Of a DNA stretch of 64,000 bases, positions 55,101-64,000 are shown piece after piece. The position numbers were made by a program, and so were the translations under genes. Under the pieces are notes generated by a model that saw nothing but the letters and a program-made list of their open reading frames with translations, searched no databases and was not told the origin of the DNA. Where the stretch lies: positions 2,246,391 to 2,310,390 of the forward strand of contig CAJINV010000004.1 in NCBI GenBank assembly GCA_905178155.1, read 5' to 3'. Position 1 is the first letter of the stretch; each line of letters opens with the position of its first letter. This DNA is from Amoebophrya sp. A120 (taxonomy: Eukaryota > Protista > Dinoflagellata).

Positions 55101-58100
55101 ATGCTGGACATGGGCTTGGAGGAGTACCACCCGAAGTTCTGCACAGTGGACCACTTTCTCGAGGTGTTCCAGGCGTTGCGCGCGAACCACGGGTTCAGCA
55201 ACAACGAGCTGGACGGGATCACCTACTGGTTTTTGAAGCACCCCTTCTCCGCGGAGTCAGTCCGCCGGTTTTTGCTGCGCTGGGGCTACGCGACGGACTT
55301 CGAGGTGCTGTGGGACAGCGCGCGACAGGTGATTCCGGGAATCGTGAAGAAGGAGAAGTCAACGAACACAAACAGTACCCAACTACACTCTATCAACTGT
55401 AAAAATGTCTGGGTCTGGAAGGATCCGAACTTGTGATGCGAGTTGCGGATCATACAAAGATCTGTGTTGCATGACTGGCAAAAGGTGCTCACTTCTGGCC
55501 ATGCTGAGAGGGTATTTCTCATGCAGAATAGGCATCACGAAGGGGCTGCAGAACCTGTCATGCTAGGCCCCGCATTCCAGACTTGACAGAGCTTGGAAAA
55601 ACTGCATGACAAATTTCGGAATCTTCCAGACCCAGACATATTTGCAATGCATACACTCCGTGTCCCAGTTGTCCCTAGATGCGACGGGGGGCGCGAACAA
55701 CCAAAGCCAGTTGCGCCAGGGCAAGGGACGGAGGTCTCTCTCCAAGATGGACAGCGTGGTCAGCAACGTCGACGAAAGCAAATTCAAGCCCTTCGAAAGC
55801 GTCGGCGACAGCTCGGCGTACTGTTTATTTTTTATTTGAATTTTGTATTTCGTATTCGTACTACTACTATTCTATGAAGTTTTTCTTAAGATGTCAACGT
55901 AGTGCACTCCCTTGTTGTGCTGCTCCGTTTACTCATCGGGTCGGATGGTCTTTCAAGTGCTATACACATCTGGAACTTGTAGCAATGAACACACATCACA
56001 GGTCTTCGAACAACGAATCCGCCGAAGAGTGGGAACTGCCGGCTAACTGCAAGCTGTGCGTTATGCTGAGCAAAAACGTCCCCACCCCAGAGTTGTCATG
56101 CAAATCCGCATGCCAAGAAAGTTGCTCATGCGGAGCCCCATGAGAAGCATTTTGTAGTCGCGTTTTGGAATTTGTGATGCTAGAATAAGCATGATAAGCT
56201 AGATTTGTGATGCTGCTGAAATAGCAAAACAGCACTACAATACGAGAACAAACTTGTCATGCCAAACAACCAAAGCTGGTTGTTTGTCTAGCAGATTTCC
56301 CATGTTGACTCTGGTGTGGGGACGTTTTTGCACAGGATATGCGTCCCCCAGATCGCGTACGTGCTGCAACACCTCATCGCGGCCCAGGAATTGAAGGTCC
56401 GGAAGGTTTACGAGGAGTGTGTGAAGGAAGACCAGCGGCAGCTGCTCGCGAGTGGCAAGTCCGGCCCGGTCGAGGATTTGCCGAGGTTGAGCGATACCCA
56501 TTTTGACGAGGACTTCCCGCGGTTGCGGTACGCGCCGATTCCGAGTGAGACCGTTTTGTCCCTGTTGCCGTTCTATCAAATGCAAAAATGTCTAGGTCGA
56601 GAAAGTTGGAACTTGTGATGCTGGCCTTACATTCCTGAAAAATCTGTATTGCATGACCAGCAAAAGACGTGGCGTCTTCTGTCATACAAAAACGCAGTTT
56701 CTCTTTTGCAGAAAGCGTATGAGAAATAACCGTTCTGCAAACTTGTCATGCTTGGCTGCATTGGGAAGCGCTTTCATCATGAACAGTTCAGCATCACAGA
56801 TTTCCAGACCCAGACATATTTGCAATGCATACGTTCCCGCCCTACGTGTCGTTGATGCAGCCCGTGCCCGCGATCTACACGCAGGACGCGCTGCGGAAGT
56901 TCGTGCGCCAGGTGATTCAGTCCCACGGCTTCTCCACGTCGTTCCTGATGCTCGCCCGGAACTGCTTCTACCGGATTGTGGACAAGACGCCCGACCTGAT
57001 CGACCTGAACGCGCAATTCTACCTACCGGAGGTGTTGGCGACGGACGCGGATATCGTCTTCGACAGGTACCACACACGGGAACAGCGCATCAAGCCGGAA
57101 GACGGGTCCTTCATTCTGCCGCCGAATAGCCCGCTGCTGCCGGATGCTGCGGCGAGCGGAACTGTATTAGGAAACAATAGCAACTCAAGTGCGACATCAA
57201 TATTACATAGCGCGAATCAGGATGACAACATGAATTCTAGTCCGCTGACGTTGAACCGGGAGCAGACGAGCCTAACGCAGCTGTCCACCATGTCGGCTGC
57301 GAGTGTGATGACGACGGGAACGGACGGTAGGCCGAAGAAGCGGTTTAAGCGCCAGTTGTCTTCCTCCCCCAATAACAATCCGGACCCGACTTTTTGGTCG
57401 GACACCTTTCACATTATGGAGCGCAAAAAGTGGGACAACAAGCACTTCCTCCACCCGCGATTCTTCTCCTGGTGGATCCAGAAGATGGGTTTCAACAGTT
57501 GCAGTGTGTACGATCTGACCTTTCTGCAGCGGAGAAAAGAGCCGTTAGACTTGTACGACTGCCTAGAAATTCTCCGGCCTTTACTGGAAAACGAAAAGTT
57601 CATGATCTCTCAACTGTTTGTCCTCTATGTGATCACGCCGCCCCGACCCCTCCGCACCTACATCTCCGGACCCAAAGAGTTCCCGGAGGCGGACGCGCCG
57701 CGCGGGTATTTGTTATTATCTTTCGACGAGGCGCAAGAGATGGCGGCGCAGGGCCACGACCCGCACAAGGTCGAGGTGCTGATGGGGCTGCGAGACGACG
57801 GGAAATCCCGGGTCGACATGGACGTGTTGTTGCAGATCTTCTTAACACTCACCGCCTTCCCACGGGACCGGATGGACCAGGAGTGCCTCGAGGACTTCAA
57901 GCTCGATTTTGTCAACGCGTCGATCGAATCGACGGTGGAAGCGGGGGAGAAACAGCACGACGGCGGGGAAAAGATCGCGCTCAACTTTTTCAACGTGGTC
58001 AAGATGCTGAACAAGATCCGGATCGCAAGTGCGCTGGACGCGGAGAGGGGCATTTTGAAAACGAGAAAGAAAAAAGCGATGAGCAAGGTCAAGGCCATGA

Positions 58101-58138
58101 TGAAAATGGGAATTCTGGGCGGCATGAAATCTTCATGA
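49133..58138 (+). CDS. Large hypothetical protein, possibly with degenerate EF-hand-like C-terminus
   Basis: Continuous frame across 11 introners (each +5 nt) and one GT-AG intron (~55818-56000), ending in ORF 56825-58138. Confidence 0.65.
49864..50125. mobile_element. Introner family A
   Basis: A-type TIR; DR GAGGA. Confidence 0.9.
50351..50603. mobile_element. Introner family A
   Basis: A-type TIR; DR ATCCC. Confidence 0.9.
51186..51491. mobile_element. Introner family B
   Basis: B-type TIR; DR GAAGG. Confidence 0.88.
51554..51816. mobile_element. Introner family A
   Basis: A-type TIR; DR CGGGT. Confidence 0.9.
52437..52646. mobile_element. AT-rich short introner (D-type)
   Basis: TATCC...GCAAAAGT / ACTTTTGCAATGCATA; DR GCAGC. 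Confidence 0.8.
53228..53513. mobile_element. Introner family C
   Basis: TATCCTGAGTAAAAACGTCCCCA TIR; DR CAAGA. Confidence 0.92.
54004..54288. mobile_element. Introner family C
   Basis: C-type TIR; DR ACTGG. Confidence 0.9.
54817..55099. mobile_element. Introner family C
   Basis: C-type TIR; DR CATGC/TATGC. Confidence 0.9.
55391..55653. mobile_element. Introner family A
   Basis: A-type TIR; DR CACTC. Confidence 0.9.
56062..56339. mobile_element. Introner family C (close relative of 25124-25402)
   Basis: C-type TIR; DR TGCGT. Confidence 0.92.
56574..56831. mobile_element. Introner family A
   Basis: A-type TIR; DR CGTTC. Confidence 0.9.
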
Positions 58139-59069
58139 GGATTTTTTACTCGATAAAAATCATATTGAAGACACGAGTCGTGATCTCGTTTCTGGGGCAT
58201 AGTTGTAGCGAATTTTCAGCAGATTATTCGCGCTTTATTCACTTTTTTCTACGAATATGTTTATGTTTACTTACTTGTTTTCGCCTCTGTTTCAGTTCCT
58301 GTAAAACATTTTCCAACTCCGAAGTGCGAGGAGCGTGCGCTCCTAGGACAGAGGGCAAGTAAAATAAGTACTACACAGGGTTTGTTGATGTTTATGTGCA
58401 ACATTCAGTTGAGCAGATTATTCCATGCAGAAACCCGTATCAAATCTTTTTGCTGGTGGGTGGAAGCCCCACTTTCACCCACGTTTTTGCCGAATGGCTT
58501 CTGCTCCTCCCAAGTTTTATTCCGCTTTCTCGTTGGATGGGTGTGGAAGATAGATTTTGCGCTGCACCATTGTGAACCTCTTTAAACTCTATTCCGGACG
58601 GACCCCGTCGATGCATGCGAGAAGCAAGAAGCGCTGGAACAAGATTACTTTTGTTTTCGTCATTTCCAATGGTTAAGTACTCATTCAATCACGCTTGTCC
58701 AAAAGCGGCCCGTACTCATTTTTCGGGGTATTCAAATCATGAGTTTCTGCCAGCTGACTGTTCCTGTTCCGCGGGTGTCTCGTGCTTGGTAACAGCCAAA
58801 AAGTCTCTCTCTTGCCTGAGATAGAAGAAAGATGCAAACCGACCGGAGCCGCGATGAGAGCAAGGGGAGGAACCAAATTTCCGCATATATTGGCAAGCTT
58901 ATATATTGTGAAACTGGATGAACAGCGGGGAAAACGAAAAACAAAATACTAGCCGAATCGTACCAACAAGATCACAGAAAAGATCGGCCTGGTTTTCTTC
59001 TCACGACCGTTCTGCCGCGATTTGTTTCTTCTTATCACAACAAGGCGAAAATCAAAATTGACACCGAGA

Positions 59070-60339
59070 ATGACGCACTCGGGCAACGATCGGTTCTTCC
59101 ACGCGCTGCTGCGGAATGACGCGCATCCACTAACGCTGAAGCATACCAAAACCGCCCTGCCAACAAACCGACCTTCGACATTTCTTAACGGCGGGTCAAA
59201 GGTATCTGTATACGATCTTGCGTTTGTATGTTCGTGCGGACCTGCAACTAATCAAAATCTTGCATGCGATCGAGCCACGATGTCCTTATCGTGATCCTGT
59301 GTTTCCAATCCAACTCGACAGCGCACACAGCCACCTGCACGGGGCCCTGGTTCGGGCGCAGCATTTGTTGACGGCGTCCCGGAAACAAGAACGCCCGCAA
59401 GTGGCGAAACTGCGCAGGCCTCCAAGCACTCGATGCTTTCCGCCCAGAGCGCGGCATGCATTGCCTCGTATGGATTGCAAATATGCCTGTGGATCCGGAA
59501 AACAAAGTGTAAACTTTTGATGCGTCGTGCGGGGCACACAAAAATCAGTCCTATTTGGCTATTATACCTGCAGTTGGCGGCCCCTTTGATCTCAATTGGG
59601 GAAGAGTTTTCTCATGCAGGATTTGCATTGTCAAGAGCTGCTCACAGGTGAGTCTGTGATACTAGACCCTGCCTTTCAGACCTCATTCTCGGGCATGGAA
59701 CACCCGCATGACAATAATCCTAGCGGGAGCACACCGCTTCGACTTCCAGAGCCAGCAGACGTATTTGCAGTTGATACACCGCGCATGAGCACCATGTCCA
59801 CCCGGGGGAAGCCACGGTTTGTGCCAGGTAGTAAGTTGTACTTGATATACTAAAAGTTGCTATAATGTGGAATTGGTATTGTGCGTTCTCTGCTCCACTC
59901 GCTCTCTGTTGCCGCACCGTGTGCACTTGCATGAAAAATGAGCAATAAGGGTCGTGTCAGGTGGGCAGACTTTTTGTACTTACCGTATGAGAAATGTTTC
60001 GTTTCGAGAACAAGATGAAAATCACTCCAAGGTTTGCAAAGCAAGGAACTCCTGAAGATGGAGCACAAAACCCAAGACTTCGAGTACATGCAGAGGAGGC
60101 GGGAGGAAAAGCTGCAGGAAATTCAGCGGCTGAAGCAGGAGCTGCAACGGGCAAAGCAGAAGGAGATGCAGGAGCTGAAATTGCGGTACCAACAGGAGCG
60201 GCAGTGGCGGGAACACGTGAAAAGTTTGAAACAGCAGAAGGACAGCGATGTGCGCAATTTCAGACGGAGCATGCAGAAGGAGGACCAGGAAATGAGGAGG
60301 GACGCGGAACTCTTGATGCGTACAGAACAAAAGTTTTAA
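59070..60339 (+). CDS. Hypothetical protein with C-terminal coiled coil
   Basis: Two GT-AG introns and introner 59469-59776; last exon is E/K/Q/R-rich (QRRREEKLQEIQRLKQELQRAKQ). Start uncertain. Confidence 0.55.
59469..59776. mobile_element. Degenerate A-like introner
   Basis: TATGGATTGCAAATATG...CGTATTTGCAGTTGATA; DR CCTCG/CACCG. Confidence 0.75.
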
Positions 60340-61554
60340 TCGTCCAGTTTTACGATGATTTTTCATGCATGACGATAACGCGACAAAGAAAATCAGTTAC
60401 TTCAATGCCAGTGTGGGTCATTTTGCTTTCCAATCGATTTCCATAATATCCCAGGTGAATTTGAACACGAGCAGGCGAAAGAGGAATGGCAAGTGCGTAT
60501 GAGAGTGCACAGCTTGTTTCCTCTCCTTCATTTAGCATACAAATTTCCATGTCCACTCTCAGCTCTGCTCGGGTGACATCAGCATCAGGAGGTCGCGTAT
60601 ACGAAATGTAGTGCTACAATCGTCCATGATGTGCCACGGACTTCCCGTTCAGAGACAGCATCTTCATTTGCGGCCTTGGTGTTCCTGCTGCATCTGCCCT
60701 TCGAAAAATGAAGCGCAGTGGGAGCAGGTGTTGTGCACTCTCATATTGCAGGCTAGTCAACACGCGATCGTGGGCTAGAAGAGCGCGGCTGTTTTAAAGC
60801 GGTTTCGAGCTCGAAGTATGTATGGCAGTGGACAACTTCTTCCTCTTCCCGGCGTTTGTGATGCAAAAGACCGGTTTCGCTTCCAGGTCCAGCGCTTGGC
60901 AACGTGAGCATCGAGGAGGAGGGGTTGTTCACTATCATGCTCTAGGGCCCGCCTTGTTGTGGAGTACCTTCGTGTAAGATTTTTTCTACGAATTGCAATT
61001 TTCTGTACCTAAATGAGTTGGATTTATTTCGGAGGATGAAACACTCCCAATATCACTGCAGTATGCTGTCATGACCCCATTAGCGGCCGAAGCCGAATGT
61101 AAAGACCATGAGATTTTTGTGCACTATTTACGGAATGAGCAGAAATTGACGTTTCCCTTTGTACGATGGTGGACAAGAAGAGCATCACGTGAATGCGAGG
61201 TAGGTGACGACTCTCAAACACAAGAAAAATCAATGCTAGTGAGAACTGGTGGTGCACATGCCGTCCGCTACAGGCGGCGGTGGGAAGCGCAGAGATTTGA
61301 ATGATTGGTCATTCTGTTCTTCGCTGTCTGTTCGGGCGATTTATTTTCACAAATTTGGATTTTGTCTTTCGGTAAAATGATGATCCCATTGTGTGTTTCT
61401 CTTCTGCTTTTGGTAATTGAAGAACGAAGCTTTTGTACTATTTTGATGTTTTATATTTATTTCGGATCTTCCTCGAAACCAACAGGTGCAGGTGTCGTCA
61501 AAAAATCAATTATAACTTCGTTATACCAATCGTCACAACAATCGCCTCGATAAG

Positions 61555-62581
61555 ATGCGGTCAATCGCAATGCGAACCTTCTGTGCGGGCGCTGTTGGGA
61601 CCGTCCTTGCTGATAACGCGACAACGGCGGACGTGATCAGAGCCGAAGTCGACTGGGGGGGGGAGCGGCACGGCCGAGAAACGGGGGCTCGGCCCATTGC
61701 CGCCGCATGCCTTTCAGAATACCACGGTGAACAACGCGGCGATCTGCCTTGCAGTGAAAACGCCGCTGCTCCAAGTTTTCGACAAGATGATCGAGCCAGA
61801 CCTAGCTTCATCCGATCAGCTCGACGCCATGGACTGCGCCATCCTTGCGCAGCGGATCAAGCGCGCCGGCCGCGGGGACGCGAACAATGATGGCAACCTT
61901 AGCCGGGCCGAGAAGGAAACTTTCTGTGGGAAAGTAGCGCTGTCAGAAGGTGAGCGCATCGATGGAGGGGTCACGGGATCGTTTCTCGAGTTCAATGGGT
62001 GGGGTTTATTCGACAGCTGTCAGCGCTGCATGGGATTTTGCAAGGCCGACGAGGACACGTTTGAAACGAATCCGGAAAAAGAGGAGAAAAACCAGCAAAA
62101 GTCCGCTACGTGGGGAACGATCCAGTACGGAGAGCCGATAGGTCAACGCGACAGGGCGGTTGTTTGGTTCGGCACCGTCTATTTCAAGACGGGTTTCGGC
62201 GACGTCTCCACAGTGGAGTTCACGAACGACTTTCGTCCGGGAGATATCCTGGTGAACAAAAAGGACATCGTGTCGCATGCCCTGCTCCTCAAGAAAGCAG
62301 CGATCATGGATGGAGCAAGAGGATATCATCTATGGGCAGACAAGCTCACGATGCCGGCCTTCGCTGAGCTGCGCGGAAAACTACGATTGGTGGCGAGCTT
62401 GGGGACGGGGTTGAACAATGCCTGGACTTCCATGAAAGGCGGAAGCAAAGTGTACAGCAACATCTCGCTCGCGAGAGAACTCCTTGACGAAATGGATAAG
62501 TCTATTGAGCATTTTCCGTCCTGGCTCAGAAACCAAGTGAATGATTTTGATACCAATCCATCAATTCAGCGCAGGAACTAA
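61555..62581 (+). CDS. Putative secreted protein with one EF-hand loop (paralog B); apparent +1 frameshift in a G9 run
   Basis: N-terminal MRTFCAGAVGTVLA in one frame; LPPHAF...DANNDGNLSRAEKETFC...SFL...WGLFDSC in the next frame. Confidence 0.55.
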
Positions 62582-63182
62582 TTCAAAAGAACAAGCGGAA
62601 AGGGCGCGGCAGGAACTGATTCAAAAGATCAGCGGCAAGCGCTCGCGCTGGGTGCGTTTACCCAGCCAACGAAGGGAGGTCTGGCACCTCGAAGAAGAAG
62701 ACCAGGTGCCTCTCACCAGTACCCGATGTTACGCATGTCTGAGCGTCGCTTTGGTATGCGAACTTCTGAAAGATCCATCAAGACTCGTTCTTTTCTCAAT
62801 GCGAGACAGACTTTGTTGTTTGAGAGGCTGATCTCCGATCTGGAAAAATTTTCAAATTGTTTCAACGGTGAACATCTGTTCCGGAAGAAAAAAAACGACG
62901 ACGTTCTTGTTCAGATCTCGCCTGTTGCTCTGTTTGGAGCATACTATTCTTCCGATCCTTTACTAAATGCTTCGTCTTAATACGTTTATTTTTTTACAAT
63001 CGTGCTGATCCCAAAAAAAATCGCTATTTTTGCAACGGAAACGTGCTCCTCCTCCGAATCCGAAATGAGAATAAAACCTCATGTCAACACCAGTTTCCGT
63101 AGTCGTGATCCGAATTGCATTTGCTAGACGCAAGTTTAGTTTTCTGTTCGAAGACTCAAAACCAACCCCACTCTCCTTCAAA

Positions 63183-63866
63183 ATGGCCAATCCGAAGGTT
63201 TTCTTTGACATGTCCATCGGCGGCGCCAACGCCGGCCGCATCGTCATGGAGCTCCGCAAGGACGTCGTCCCGAAGACCGCCGAGAACTTTCGTGCTTTGT
63301 GCACGGGCGAGAAGGGTACAATAGGTTTTTGAGTGTGTGGAAGGCATGATATTATTCGCAATAAAGTGCATTTGAATCATGTTGTTCGAAGGAGAAAGAG
63401 ATGCATTGACAACTCTCGTCGAAGATGCACCAAAGATCGTGAAAAAGAACAAAATAGATCTTGGTTCATCGAATAATATCCGACACGAACAGGTATGGGC
63501 AAGTCCGGCAAGCCGCTGCACTTCAAGGGCTCCGCTTTCCACCGCGTGATCCCGGACTTCATGTGCCAGGGTGGTGACTTCACCGCGGGCAACGGAACCG
63601 GTGGCGAGTCCATCTACGGTGCCAAGTTCGCCGATGAGAACTTCCAGTTGAAGCACACTGGACCGGGTACTGGTTTTTTTATGAATTTGTGTTGCGGATT
63701 TTGACGAGGGATGCATTTTGTGTTGCAGATTTTGCGTTTAGCAAATTCTTTTGTGTCATTAGGAAGAGGAACTAACGTATCAATGCGTGATCTAAAATCC
63801 CAAATCGAATAAATCCGCAGGTATCCTCTCCATGGCCAACGCCGGCCCGAACACGAACGGATCCCA
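63183..63866 (+). CDS. Cyclophilin-type peptidyl-prolyl isomerase (CypA-like), 5' part; continues past the window
   Basis: [14 protein letters not shown]...[48 protein letters not shown]; two GT-AG introns. Confidence 0.95.
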
Positions 63867-64000
63867 TATGGCGTTCTCAACTGTTACATTCTCAACTGTT
63901 ACATGGATTTGTGATGCAAGAACAGCAAAAGTGAAAGGGGTCACCTTGCGCGTCTTGCGTGACAGATCTGGCAAAGATTCTCAGCCTGTTTGGCTCTTCG
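63867..64000. mobile_element. Probable introner, 5' part (interrupts cyclophilin NGSQF)
   Basis: Coding breaks at GGA TCC CA|TATG; contains TTGTGATGC and a tandem TTCTCAACTGTTACA x2. Confidence 0.7.

Overview
Eukaryotic, gene-dense DNA, most likely from an Amoebophrya-like parasitic dinoflagellate (Syndiniales); this is inferred from intron style and gene orientation. About 12 genes, all on the + strand: a SPOUT1-like methyltransferase (3' part), IscA, a MOB1-family protein, BiP/GRP78, cyclophilin (5' part), two paralogous secreted EF-hand proteins and five hypothetical proteins. The dominant feature is about 59 short (ca. 150-580 bp) terminal-inverted-repeat elements from at least 7 families, roughly a quarter of the window. 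Almost all start TAT and end ATA, are flanked by a 5-bp target-site direct repeat (DR), and interrupt coding exons. Removing the element plus 5 nt restores conserved reading frames (BiP, IscA, MOB1, SPOUT1) without GT-AG boundaries, so they behave as transposon-derived non-canonical introns (introners) alongside ordinary GT-AG introns. Introners of this kind are already described in Amoebophrya. The window adds readable rules: shared termini, a fixed 5-nt offset, orientation independence, co-varying arms, nesting, a shared internal motif and confinement to genes. Gene models were assembled by hand and lack RNA support.
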